Positions 10,651 to 22,410 of a stretch of 64,000 nucleotides of DNA are shown piece after piece. The translations under genes were made by a program, and so were the position numbers. The first letter of the stretch is position 1; each line of letters opens with the position of its first letter. The notes under the pieces are model-generated. The model was not told the origin of the DNA. It made no database searches and saw only the letters and a program-made list of their open reading frames with translations. Where the stretch lies: positions 253-64,252 of the forward strand of contig CAWJQO010000025.1 in NCBI GenBank assembly GCA_963844975.1. The letters are read 5' to 3'. Source of the DNA: an uncultured Gammaproteobacteria bacterium (GTDB taxonomy: Bacteria > Pseudomonadota > Gammaproteobacteria > Pseudomonadales > Halieaceae).

Positions 10651-12185
10651 ATGTACCCGGCTGTTCATGCGCAGTCCAACCCGGATAAAGCCGCCATCAT
10701 CATGGGTTGTGGTGACGTGGTCACCTATCGCCAGCTGAATGATCGATCCAATCAGTGCGCGAACCTTTTTGCCAGCCTGGGGCTGGGCAAGGATGATGCT
10801 GTCGCCCTGTTTATGGGCAACTGCCCGGACTATTTTTACGCGTCCTGGGGCGCGCAGCGCTCTGGTTTGTATTACACCCCGATCTCCACACACTTGTCCG
10901 CGGCTGAGACCGCGTATATTGTGCAGAATTGTGAGGCGCAGGTCATGGTGGTGTCCTATGCCTTGCGCGACGTCGCCCGGCAGATCAGGGATGAGCTGCC
11001 GGGTGTACATACCTGGTTAATGGTCGGCGGCACGGTCGAGGGCTTTGATGCCTTTGAAGAGCGGCTGGACAGTTTTCCGATTCGCCGCTCGCCAGGGAAC
11101 TGGAAGGCTGTGTGATGCTGTACTCTTCCGGCACCACTGGCTACCCCAAGGGAATCAAAAACGCTAATCCTGAGCGTGCGATAGGAACTCCCGGACCATT
11201 GGAGAGGGGCATAATGGCCAGTTTCGGGATTTGCGCGGAGACGGTCTACCTGTCGCCCGCGCCCTTGTATCATGCGGCGCCCCTGCGCTTTTGCATGGCC
11301 ATGCACCGCGTAGGAGCAACTGCCGTAGTGATGGAACGCTTTGATCCCGAGCAGGCCCTGCGCCTGATTGAACAGCATCGGGTAACTTTCAGCCAGTGGG
11401 TGCCCACCATGTTTATCCGCATGCTGAAACTGCCGCAGGCAGTGCGTGAGAGCTATGACGTATCGAGCCAGCAAGTGGTCACGCACTCGGCCGCCCCATG
11501 CCCGGTCGAAATAAAACAGCAGATGCTCAATTGGTGGGGACCAATCCTGATCGAATATTACGGGGCTACCGAAGGCCATGGCGGTACCCAGATCAATTCA
11601 GCCGACTGGCTGGCGCACCGCGGCTCGGTGGGCAGGCCGGTCTATGGCAGCGTGCATATTCTCGATGAGCAAGGACAGGAACTGCCTGCGGGCGAGGTGG
11701 GAACCGTATATTTTGCCGGCGGCGCTGCGTTTGAATACCACAACAGCGATGTGAAAACCTCCGAGTCCCGCGTAGGAAACATGTCCACTGTGGGTGATGT
11801 CGGGTATGTGGATGAAGACGGGTTTCTCTATCTCACCGACCGCAAGGCCAATATGATTATTTGCGGCGGCGTGAATGTCTATCCGCAGGAGACAGAGAAC
11901 GTGCTGGTCATGCATCCGGCAGTCGCCGATGTGGCCGTGATCGGCGTGCCGAACGAGGATCTGGGTGAGGAGGTCAAGGCTGTAGTTGAGCCCATCGACT
12001 TTGCGACCAGCGGACCGCAGTTGGAGCAGGAATTGATTGCCTGGTGTCGAGCCCGGCTGTCCCATATCAAGTGTCCGAAGAGTATTGATTTTGAACGCAA
12101 GCTGCCACGCTCCGATGCGGGAAAATTGTTCAAGCGCAAAATCCGCGAGCGCTACTGGCAGGGACGGGAAAGTTCCATTATCTGA
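10651..12185 (+). CDS. Acyl-CoA synthetase, AMP-binding (frameshift near 11090)
   Basis: YSSGTTGYPKG, YYGATEG, VGDVGYVDEDGFLYLTDRK, LPRSDAGKL. Confidence 0.92.
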
Positions 12186-12251
12186 CGCGGTTTGCTATCG
12201 CGAAGGCAATCAGCAGTACACCGAATTGTTATCTGGAGAACGGTCGAGACA

Positions 12252-13031
12252 ATGCATACCCTGGAAATGTATAGACTGGATGGTCGTGTGGCACTGGTCA
12301 CGGGCGGCGGACACGGCATCGGTCGGCACATGAGTATCGGCCTCGCCGAGGCGGGCGCGGATGTCATTGTCGTGGGGCGCAAACTGCCACCGTTGCAGGA
12401 GGTAGCGGAGGCCATTGAAGCGATGGGGCGCAGGTGCTGGGTATTGCAGGCCGATGTTTCTGACACACAGTCCATCGATGTACTGGTCGCCACAGTCGCT
12501 GAGCGGGTTGAGCGGCTGGATATCCTGGTCAATAACGCCGGCATGGTGTGGGCCGCTCCGACCCTGGACTACCCCATGGGCGGGTGGGACAAGGTTTTTG
12601 ACCTGAACGTGAGGGGACTCTTTTACCTGTCGCAGCAAGTGGCAAAACGGATGAAAGCGCAGGGTGGCGGCAGCATTATCAATATATCCTCCATCTCTGC
12701 CTGGCGCTGTGCGAGTGACGCGCAGGAACCGGTAGTCGCCTACAATGCGAGCAAGGGTGCGGTGATTTCGCTGACCCGAGACATGGCAGTGAAACTGGCA
12801 GCAGACAATATACGTGTAAATGGCATTGCCCCGGGCGCGTTCCTGACCGATATGATGAATCACGTGCGGCATGATAAAGACCAGCTCAGTGCATTTGAAA
12901 GCGCTATTCCGCAGCAGCGTTCCGGTAAAGAGGATGACATCAAGGGTGTCGTAGTGTTTCTGGCGGGTCCGGCCAGTGCCTTTATCACCGGGCAGACACT
13001 GGTGGTGGATGGTGGTTGGCTCTGTACGTGA
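12252..13031 (+). CDS. Short-chain dehydrogenase/reductase
   Basis: TGGGHGIG, NNAG, YNASK, VDGG. Confidence 0.92.
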   Translation: MHTLEMYRLDGRVALVTGGGHGIGRHMSIGLAEAGADVIVVGRKLPPLQEVAEAIEAMGRRCWVLQADVSDTQSIDVLVATVAERVERLDILVNNAGMVWAAPTLDYPMGGWDKVFDLNVRGLFYLSQQVAKRMKAQGGGSIINISSISAWRCASDAQEPVVAYNASKGAVISLTRDMAVKLAADNIRVNGIAPGAFLTDMMNHVRHDKDQLSAFESAIPQQRSGKEDDIKGVVVFLAGPASAFITGQTLVVDGGWLCT

Positions 13032-13071
13032 GTGAGCGGCGTTTCAGGCAACTAACGAGGGATTTACGCAG

Positions 13072-13939
13072 ATGAGCGACACGACGACACTGGTGGACGG
13101 CTGTACTTTGGTGAAGGACCTCGCTGGCATGACGGCCGTCTGTGGTTCAGTGACTTTTACGCCCACGCCGTAAAATCGATTGATGAGTCGGGACAGCTGC
13201 GCACCGAACTGGAACTGGATGATCAACCCTCAGGACTGGGTTGGTTGCCCGATGGACGCCTGCTCGTCGTTGCCATGAAGGAGCGCGCCGTCAAGCGGCT
13301 GGATCCGACCGGCCTGGTCTTGCACGCCGATATCAGCCATCTTACCGCGCACTTGTGTAACGATATGGTGGTCGATGCACAGGGCAGCGCGTGGGTCGGT
13401 AACTTTGGTTTTGATCTTGATGCCGATCTGAAAGCGCGCGGCGCGCAGGTGCTGGTCGATCACCCGGTCACAAATCTGGTGCGAATCGATGCCGACGGCT
13501 CGGTTCACCTCGCCGCGCAGAATATGCATTTCCCCAATGGCAGCGTTATCACCGCCGATGGCACGACGCTCATAGTGGCGGAGACACTGGCCGGTTGCCT
13601 GACGGCTTTCACCATTCAATCGGACAAATCGCTCACTGATCGCAGGGTTTGGGCCTCGGTGCCCGGTGTTGCCCCCGACGGTATCTGCCTGAATGAGAAG
13701 AACCAGGTGTGGGTGGCGAATGCGATCGGCCCGGAAGTGGTGTTGGTTGCCGAGGGCGGTAACATCGTTGAGCGAGTCGCAACCAGCCAACCCTGCTACG
13801 CCTGCATGTTGGGTGGCCGGGACGGAAAGACCCTGTTTGCCTTGACTGCAGCCAGTTCCGACGGGAGCATGCCTCCGCCGAAAGAACCGGCAAGATAGAG
13901 ACCGTGCAGGTGCATGCCGCCAGGGCGGGATGGCCCTAG
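13072..13939 (+). CDS. SMP-30/gluconolactonase family protein (frameshifts near both ends)
   Basis: FGEGPRWHDGRLWFSDF, CNDMVVD, FPNG, PDGICL; ends ARAGWP*. Confidence 0.88.
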
Positions 13940-13983
13940 AAATTAGCTGGTGGGTACAGGAAATTTGACTGTGAGGATCAACC

Positions 13984-15398
13984 ATGCACGACATTGACGT
14001 TGCCAACCTGTCCATAGCACGAGCCGCCCGCGCGCTGCGCGACCGGGAGTTTTCGCCACTTGAACTCACCGATGCCTACCTGCGCCGCATCGAACAACTG
14101 AATCCCACAGTAAATGCCTATATCACCATCACGGCCGAGCGGGCGCGAGACGATGCGCGTCGCGCTACCGAGGAATTTGCTGCCGGGAAGGTGCGCGGGC
14201 CGCTGCACGGTATCCCGATTGCGCACAAGGATCTGTACGAGACTGCTGGCATCCGAACCACCGGGGGCGCGAAAATCCATGTGAATCACATCCCGCAAGT
14301 GCCGATTGCACGGTAGCGCGCAAGCTGCGCGAGGCCGGCACGATTCTGCTCGGCAAGCTCAATACGCATGAGTATGCCTACGGCGTTACCACCAATAACC
14401 CGCACTTCGGTCGCGACGCGCAATCCCTGGGATCTGGACCGCATCCCTGCCGGATCGAGCGGCGGCTCAGGCGCAGCGATTGCGGCAGGCCTGGCGACCG
14501 CCACGACGGGTTCCGACACCGGCGGCAGCATTCGGATGCCGGCCTCGGTCTGCGGCGTGGTGGGGTTGAAGCCGACTTACGGGCGCGTGAGCAAGGCCGG
14601 AGTTCTGCCGCTCTCCTATCGTTACGATCATACGGGGCCGCTGACGCGGACGGTGGAGGATGCCGCGCTGATGTTGAATGTGATCGCAGGCTACGACCCG
14701 GCCGATCCTGCCAGCGTGCGCGTGCCGGTCGATGATGTTACCGCTTTCCTCGGAGCAGGGGTGCGCGGCCTGCGCATCGGCGTGCCGCGCGGCTACTTCT
14801 TCGATCATCTGGAGGACGATATTGCCGCGGCAATGGAGCTTGCCATCGATGTGTTGGTGCAACTGGGTGCGGATGTGCGCGATGTTGATGATTCCCGGCG
14901 TTGCTGAAGGCCTGGGTGGCACCTTCGGTTTCGTGCTGGCTGAAGCGCAGGATATCCATGCCGCCTCCCTGCGACATCGACCCGAGGATTTTGGATCCGA
15001 TGTGCGCGAAATGCTGAGCAGCTACTCGCCGGGCACGACTGAACTCATGGCGGGCCAGCGCGCGGTTGACGCACTCACCGCAGCGATGCGTACGCATGCT
15101 GGAAACTGTGGATGTGCTCCTCACGCCAACTACACCCATTACAGCAGTACGCATCGGGCAGGAGTCGGTGCGCTACGGCGGCATGGAAGAGTCCGTACTG
15201 GGCGCCATGATCCGTTGCACCGCGCCGTTCAACGCGACGCATCTGCCCGCGCTGTCATTGCCCTGCGGATTCAATCGGGCCGGACTGCCCATCGGCCTGC
15301 AGATCGCGGGACGCCCCTTCGATGAGGCCACTGTATTGCGCGTGGGACATGCCTACGAACAGGCGACTGACTGGCATTTGCGCAGTCCTGTGCTTTGA
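13984..15398 (+). CDS. Amidase-signature family enzyme (several frameshifts)
   Basis: GPLHGIPIAHKD, AGSSGGS, GSDTGGSIRMPAS, GLPIGLQ. Confidence 0.9.
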
Positions 15399-15571
15399 AA
15401 GCAGGTCAATACCGGTTATTCAGGACTGGTCAGAATTGCGCTATTGGAGTGTTTACTGCGCGCTGCGGTGATGAATACCTGACCCCTTTTGGGCAGCCAC
15501 ATGATTGCACAGGCATATGATTGTAATAGGCTGGTAGGGCTAGTGTTGTCATGTAGGAGAGAGGGATATTT

Positions 15572-15809
15572 TATGTATTATCGACGCAGTTCTGATCGGA
15601 ATACCTATCACGAGTTTCGCATAAGCAGATTTATCAAAGAAGGCGAAAAATGGTACTTCTTTACACGCGAAGCGACTAAGGAAGGGCCATTTGAGTCGCG
15701 GTTTGACGCCGAACAGAGACTTGCATCCTATATAAAGAGAATGGACTCAGGTTTTATGCCACGAGACAGTAAACTTTCAATCCAGTCGCTCGATTCGCCG
15801 CGTCAATAG
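15572..15809 (+). CDS. Small conserved protein, DUF6316-like
   Basis: RF...GEKWYFFTRE...GPFESRFDAE pattern recognised from memory. Confidence 0.65.
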
Positions 15810-15852
15810 CGAAGCTCCTGTTTTTTCACACGGGATCCATATGCGGCCAAGC

Positions 15853-17018
15853 CTATTTGGGCAGGCCGAGGTAGCGCTCACCGATAATGTTGCGCATAAC
15901 CTCGGAGGTCCCGCCACCGAGTGTATTGGCGAAAGAACCGAGGAAGGCCTGCGGCCAGCGTCCCGTCAGGCTGGATAATCTCGCCCTGTCCGGCCCGACG
16001 ATCTCCAGTGCCAGCGCGGTAATGCGCTTGTACAATTCCGACTGAAACAGTTTCAGCATAGAACCCTCGGGACCGGGTATTCCCGTGCGCTCATTGCGCG
16101 AGATGCCCAGTAGCGTCATGGCCAGCAGTGAGCGGGTCTCGGCGCGCAATTTGGCCAGTTCATATCGCGATATGGTCATCCTCAATGGCGAGTCGTCCAT
16201 CCTCGAGCGTGGTATTCCTGGCCAGTTCGATAAGTTCCTCAATGGTTTTCTGGGTTTCAATCTGGGAGGGCATGAAGGCTGTGCCACGTTCGAAGGACAA
16301 TTGCGCCATGCTGACGCGCCAGCCATTATTGATGCCGCCGACAATGTTCTTCAGCGGAATCCGCACCTTGTCATAGAACACTTCATGCAGGTCGCTGCCC
16401 CCGGCCATATCCCGTATTGGGCGGATCTCCATGCCGGGATTATCCATGCGGTTGATTACCCAGCTGATCCCCGCGTGTTTTGGCTGCGTCGGGGTCAGTG
16501 CGTACCAGCAACTGCTGCCAGTCGGCGAACCTGGCCCAACTGGTCCAGATCTTGGACCCGGTCACGATCATATCGTCGCCATCGATCACCGCGCGAGTTT
16601 TCAGTGAGGCCAGGTCAGAACCGGCAGAGGGTTCGGAAAAGCCCTGGCACCAGATGACTTCACCCTTGAGGATGGGCGGCAGATGAGTGGCTTTCTGCTC
16701 TTCATCGCCGCAGGCGATGATGGTCGGCCCTGCAAGGTTGAGGCCGTTGAAGCGGTAATGGTCTCCTGGCGCCCTGGATTGGGCGTATTCCATCAGGAAG
16801 ATCAGCTGCTGGAACGTATCGAAGCCCTGGCCGCCATATTCCCTGGGCCAGTTGATCCCGGCCCAGCCGCCAGCATACAGCGTCTTTTGCCAGGCGAGGT
16901 CAAAGGCGCGGCCTTCTGCGCCGTCCGCCGGGCGCGCCTGCGCCGGCTTGTTGGATTCCAGCCAGTCCCGGACCTGCTCGCGAAATTGCATTTGCTGTGG
17001 CGTGAAATCAAGGTTCAT
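15853..17018 (-). CDS. Acyl-CoA dehydrogenase, full-motif subunit (frameshifted)
   Basis: WCQGFSEPSAGSDLASL, GSKIWTS, LSFERG, LGGGTSEVMRNIIGERYLGLPK. Confidence 0.92.
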
Positions 17019-17033
17019 GGGCTGGGTCTCCCC

Positions 17034-18066
17034 TCAGTCCGGTGCGCGCTCGGCGAGCAGTTTCTTCAGGTGGAAGCGCTCGCTGCCGAACAGGGTGCCC
17101 AGCACCTGGGCGCGCTTGACGAACAGGTGAATATCCATCTCCTGGGTGTAGCCCATGCCGCCGTGGATTTGCACCGCGGTATTGGCATTGCGCTGCGCGG
17201 CATCAATGGCGAGCGCTTTCAGGGAGAATGTGTCAAAAGGCCCTGCAGATGACTGGGCCTGCAACGTGATGCTGGCGTGATAGAGCATGGCCCGCACAGA
17301 CTCGCAGCGAATTGCCATTTCGGCGCAGTAGTGTTTGATGGCCTGGAAGCTGCCTATAGGCTTGCCGAACTGCTCGCGTTCCCTGGCATAATTTACTGAG
17401 CGCTCAAGAGTGGCTTCTGCGATACCCAGCAGCATGGCAGAGATCAACAGGGCCCCGCGCAGGAAGATGCTTTCTTTCTCTGCTGGCACGAAGCACAGTG
17501 CGGGGGTCGCAGTGGCGACGCGGCGGGAAAGATGAAGCGTGCTATCAATGCACTTTTCCGTTTGCATACACTCCAGTGACGACAGCAGCAACAGGGCAGC
17601 CCCGCCTTGGTCAGCAACCAGTACCAGGTCAGCGTCTTCAGCGTCGTACACCAGAAACTCCCCATCAATCGATGCGCCTATATGCAGGGGCAGTGCAGGA
17701 CGGGCGCTTGCCAGGGCTATCTTTACCTCTCCCTCGAGTATCGGACGCAGGTACTCCGTGCGTGCCAGATTGTGCAGCGACGTGTGCCGCCAGTACGCTG
17801 GCAAGCACGGAGGGCGGCATCAGGTTGCGCCCCAGTTCAACAAAAAGTAGCGCCTCTTCCGCGAGGCCGTAGCCGACACCATCATAGTCTTCGGGAAGGC
17901 CTATACCGATCCAGCCCATGCTGGCAATGTGTTGCAGGTGTGAGCGAGTGAATGGCGTGGTGTTGTCGGTAAGTTTGAGCAGGTGCTTGACGGGAAATTC
18001 GTGCGCCAGAAAATTCGCGGCGGTATCTATGATCTGTTGCTGTTCTTCCGTCGGGAGCAAATCCAT
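17034..18066 (-). CDS. Short acyl-CoA dehydrogenase subunit (frameshift near 17790)
   Basis: MDLLPTEEQQQI, REQFGKPIGSFQAIKH, VQIHGGMGYTQE; lacks the EP.AGSD motif. Confidence 0.88.
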
Positions 18067-18142
18067 AATCGAGTAATTTCCGGGAGATTGCAGGTAACCC
18101 TTACAACTGTCGGCAGCAGCCTGGGGTCCCGAGGGATTCTAT

Positions 18143-18162
18143 AATGAGACGCCTGCCTTGAT
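18143..18162. promoter_or_regulatory. Palindromic operator candidate, copy 3
   Basis: AATGAGACGCCTGCCTTGAT (reverse complement ATCAAGGCAGGCGTCTCATT) in a divergent promoter. Confidence 0.45.
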
Positions 18163-18225
18163 AAAGCGTTTTGTCCAGGACACATGATACGATTGGTACA
18201 TGTGTGGAGTAGCGGAGCGCTGCGT

Positions 18226-19086
18226 ATGTCGATCAAGGTAGGCACATCGATAGGTATGCTTAACCCGCGTTATTTTCAGCAGGTCGCAGTCGCTGCTGAT
18301 CAGCTGGGTTTTGAATCCCTGTGGATGCCCGAGCACCTGGTGTTTCCACAGCAGATGGCTGGCTCGCCCTTCGCCGCGCAGGACGGTGACACCGCGCATC
18401 CGCCGGTGCCGCCCGAGACACCACTGTTCGATGTGTTTGCCTATCTCTCCTTTCTTGCGGGCCAGACCAGCCAGATCCGTCTGGGTACCAACGTTTACCT
18501 GATGGGTTTGCGCCATCCCTTTATTGCCGCACGCGCGATCCAGACCCTGGATATTGTGTCGGGCGGTCGGGCTGAAATTGGCGTAGGGGCAGGGTGGCTG
18601 CGCAGCGAGTGGAGCGCTACCGGTATGGACCCGCGCTCGCGGGGCCGCCGCCTGGATGAGGTGTTGAACGTGTGTAAGCGCCTGTGGAGCGAGGATAGCG
18701 TGGCCCATCAGGGCGAGTTCTACCAGTTCGAGTCTGTAAAGTTTGAGCCCAAGCCTCTGCAGCGACCACATCCGCCCATACATATCGGCGGTGAATCGGC
18801 TGCCGCGCTGCGCCGTGTTGCGCGCAGTGGCGACGGTTGGTATGGCATCGGGCATACGCTGATCACGATCAAGCCCGTGTTGAAAAAACTGCGAGAGACT
18901 GTGCGTGCAGAGGGGCGCGATCCCCAACAACTGGAAATCATCACCGCCGCTGACGTATCGACGCGGGATGATTTGCAGCGCTGGGAAGATCTTGGTGTTA
19001 CGCGTCTGGTGGTGTGCCCCTGGCGTCGTGGCAGCGAGGCAGTTGAAGGCCTCCAGCGATTTGCCGAGGATGTAATGCAGCAGTAA
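18226..19086 (+). CDS. Luciferase-like (LLM) oxidoreductase, resembling the putatively F420-dependent Rv2161c group
   Basis: GFESLWMPEHLVFP, LRHP, TLDIVSGGR, GVGAGWLRSE, PKPLQRPHPPIHIGGES. Confidence 0.85.
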   Translation: MSIKVGTSIGMLNPRYFQQVAVAADQLGFESLWMPEHLVFPQQMAGSPFAAQDGDTAHPPVPPETPLFDVFAYLSFLAGQTSQIRLGTNVYLMGLRHPFIAARAIQTLDIVSGGRAEIGVGAGWLRSEWSATGMDPRSRGRRLDEVLNVCKRLWSEDSVAHQGEFYQFESVKFEPKPLQRPHPPIHIGGESAAALRRVARSGDGWYGIGHTLITIKPVLKKLRETVRAEGRDPQQLEIITAADVSTRDDLQRWEDLGVTRLVVCPWRRGSEAVEGLQRFAEDVMQQ

Positions 19087-19096
19087 AGCGCACTAT

Positions 19097-19891
19097 TCAA
19101 TAGCCGGTAAATTTCGGCGCACGCTTTTCCGCAAATGCGGTGACGGCTTCACGCATGTCCTGGGTGTGTGCGGTCAGGTGTTCTGCCGCCACGGAAAAAT
19201 TCAGCGTGGTGTTGATGCTGTGTTGTATGTGCTGGTTAATGGCCATCTTGGTCCAGCGAATCGCCGCGATGGGTCCATGCGCCAGGTCCCTGGCGAAGGC
19301 GATTGCTTCTTCAAGCACGCTTGCTGACGGCACACAGTGATTCACCAGGCCCATCTGGGCAGCCTGAGGACCTGTCACCAGTTTGCCCGACATCAGCAAC
19401 TCCTTGGCACGGTGTGGGCCGACCAACAGTGGCCAGATCACGGCGCCGCCATCGCCTGCCACCAGACCCATCTTGACGTGTGTGTCACCAATGCGCGCTG
19501 TATCCGCCATGAAGATGACATCTGACAGCAGGGCGATGGTGGCGCCCAGGCCTGCGGCAGTACCGTTAACCGCCGCGATAACTGGTGCTTCGCAGGCGAT
19601 CATCTCCTGCACGAGGTAGCGTGTGCTGCGCAACTGGTCGATGGGGCGGTCGTCCGTGTTGCCGTAGCCCTTGACATCGCCGCCGGCGCAAAACGATTTG
19701 CCGCTGCCGGTGATGACGATCGCGCCGACGTCCGGATCGCGGGCAAGCACTCTAAAAATGGCTTCCAGACCGAGGTGCATGGCGTGGTTTACCGCATTGT
19801 GTACTTCGGGCCGGTCCAGTGTGAGAGTCGCTACCCGGTCTTCAATACGCACCGTCAGGTGGTTTTGTTCGTGATACTGTGCATAGTCCAC
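19097..19891 (-). CDS. Enoyl-CoA hydratase/isomerase family protein
   Basis: FCAGGDV, IAAVNGTAAGLG, GLVAGDGG, AFAEKRAPKFTG. Confidence 0.92.
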   Translation of the reverse strand: MDYAQYHEQNHLTVRIEDRVATLTLDRPEVHNAVNHAMHLGLEAIFRVLARDPDVGAIVITGSGKSFCAGGDVKGYGNTDDRPIDQLRSTRYLVQEMIACEAPVIAAVNGTAAGLGATIALLSDVIFMADTARIGDTHVKMGLVAGDGGAVIWPLLVGPHRAKELLMSGKLVTGPQAAQMGLVNHCVPSASVLEEAIAFARDLAHGPIAAIRWTKMAINQHIQHSINTTLNFSVAAEHLTAHTQDMREAVTAFAEKRAPKFTGY

Positions 19892-19913
19892 GGGACTTAC
19901 TCCTTCTATGGAT

Positions 19914-21018
19914 CTAATGTTCGGCCGTGATTGCGGGTGCTTCGACGTCGATTACCAGTGTGGCCAGTTCCTCCAGCCACACCTCGCTGTTGCCCCAGGT
20001 CATCTGCAGGGAAAGCAATCGTTTATAGAATAGTTGGATATCATACTCCCAGGTAAAGCCGGCGCCGCCAAATATTTGTATTGCACTGGCGGCGATCTGC
20101 GGAAAGGTTTCGGAGGCATAGGCCTTGCTCATTACCGCCGCCCGGTGCGCCTCGCGCGGATCTCCCGCATCCAGGGACCACAATGCGTAGTGCAATCCGG
20201 CGCGACCCAGTTCCAATTGTTGCAACATATCCGCACACAGGTGCTGTATGGCCTGAAATGATCCAATGTGCTGGCCGAACTGTTGGCGTTCGCAGGCATA
20301 GCCAACGGCCAGTTCCAGTGCGCGTTGTGCAGCGCCGAGGCCGTCAGCGCACAGTGCGACCAGCATGCGGTCCACGACCGGAGCCAGTTGTGCGTTATCG
20401 CCCAGCCGGATCCCGGCAACATTGTCAAAATGCACTGCGGCAAAGCGGTGTGAGCCGTCGAGGCATTCCGTGTCTGTGATAGTCAGTCCACTGGCAGCAG
20501 TCGGGACCAGATAAACACCGTGGTCGGTGGTCACAAATAGATAGTCCGCGCCGATGGCGTCCGGGACCTGAATCTTGTCGCCATTGAGAATGTTATTCAC
20601 TCACAGCCAGACTGCGCCTGCTGCCAGCGGGTAAAGCTGCGCCCGGGTTCCTCCAGTGCCAGCGTGGCAGTCTGGCTGCCGTCCGCGAGTGCGCGCAGCA
20701 GGGCTGTCCAGGCCGAAAACAGCGGCCGCGCTGGTGGCGCCAATACAGCTGGCCCAACAGGGGCCGGGATGCACGACGCGGCCCAGTTCTTCCATCACGA
20801 TACCCATGTCGGCCATATTACCCGCGAGGCCTCCGGCGTGTTCCGGGGCGAGCAGGCCGGTGACGCCCAGGTCCGCCAGTCGACTGCCAGATCTCTGCCG
20901 TGGCGGGTACAGGTTCACACCATCTGCTGCGGGTGAAGTCGGTCCCGCCCTGGTCTTCAAGGAAGCGACGCATGGTGGCGCGGAAGGATTCCTGCTCTGG
21001 CGTGTATTCGGTGTCCAT
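19914..21018 (-). CDS. Short acyl-CoA dehydrogenase subunit (frameshifted)
   Basis: MDTEYTPEQESFR, EELGRV, RQQFGQHIGSFQAIQH, QIFGGAGFTWE. Confidence 0.88.
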
Positions 21019-21033
21019 GGCGTTGTCTCCGGG

Positions 21034-22193
21034 TCAGGCCTTGGGCAAGCCCAGTACGCGTCGGGCGATGATGTTCTTGTTGATCTGGGTGGTGCCGCCA
21101 GCGATGGAAGTAGCGCGACTGTAGAGTCGGTTGTCGCCCCAGCTGCCCCGATGCGCCTCCTCGCCGAGTACGCTGGCGCTGGTTTCGGCGATCATGTGCT
21201 CGATATCGCTCCAGCTCTGTTTGGTGATGGAAGACTCAGCGCCGGGTGGTCTGCCGGTTCAGTTCGCCGGCGATACAAACATCGGCGAGGGCCTTCTGGT
21301 ACTCGCCGTAGAGGTAGGTGCGCGCCAGGCGCTGGCGCACGACCGGGTCCTGACTGACCGGTTTGCCATCGATCTCGCGTTCCCGCGCCGCCTGTATCAG
21401 CCGGGCAATTTTTTTGCGCACGCCCAGATGCAGATTGGCGACGCCCGCGCGTTCATTACTCAGGGTGGTCATCGCCACCTGCCAGCCCTGGTTGATTGGC
21501 CCCAGCAGTGCCGATTTGCGGGACGCGCACGTCGGTGAAAAAAATCTCCGCGAATTCATCCGCGCCGGTCAACGTGGTGAGGGGTTTTACGGTAATTCCG
21601 GGCAGGTGCATATCGACCAGCAGGCAGGTAATGCCCTGGTGCTTGGGAACATCGGGGTCGGTCCGCACCAATAGTTCACAGTAGTCTGCGAAGTGGCCCA
21701 GGGTATTCCACACCTTCTGGCCATTGACGATGAAATCGTCACCGTCCAGCACCGCACGACAGCGTAATGACGCCAGGTCGGAGCCGGCACCGGGTTCGGA
21801 AAAACCCTGGCACCAGATATCGTCGCCGCGCCGCATTCGCGGCAGCAGGGTGCGTTTTTGTTCCTCAGTGCCCCAGGTCATGATGGAAGGCGCGATATTG
21901 GCCAGCCCGATCGGGTTTAGGGCCGCCGGTGCGTCGGCCCGGTGCATCTCTTCTGCCAGTACTACCTGCTCCATCACTCCCGCGGCGCGCCCGCCATACT
22001 CGGCGGGCCAGGAGATGGCAGCGTAGCCGGCATCGGCCAGCTTGCGGTTCCAGCGGCGCAGGGCATCGAGTTGTTCCGCGGTGAGCGCGCCGCGGTTGCT
22101 CTGGCCGCGCAATTCCTCATCCAGGTTGTCCTGCAGCCACTGCCTGACTTCACGACGAAACGGCAGGGTATCGGGTGGATAGCGATAATCCAT
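21034..22193 (-). CDS. Acyl-CoA dehydrogenase, full-motif subunit (frameshifted)
   Basis: WCQGFSEPGAGSDLASL, NGQKVWNT, TTLSNER, IAGGTTQINKNIIARRVLGLPKA. Confidence 0.92.
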
Positions 22194-22255
22194 CAGCGGG
22201 CTCCAGGTCTCTTTGAATTGTGACGCGATACAGCCGGGCGGTCGCAAAAGTTTAT

Positions 22256-22275
22256 TACAAGACAAATACCTTGTA
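22256..22275. promoter_or_regulatory. Palindromic operator candidate, copy 4
   Basis: TACAAGACAAATACCTTGTA; arms extend to TTACAAG/CTTGTAA. Confidence 0.6.
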
Positions 22276-22410
22276 AAACATTTCCTAGGCGTGCGATACT
22301 TTTTGGCCTGTGACCACAGCGTTTTTCTACGCGGCTATGCAGTTTCGTGAAATGTATTGCGCAACACCGCAACCGAGTATTTCACAGATCACCAGGACAG
22401 GGCGAAAATC

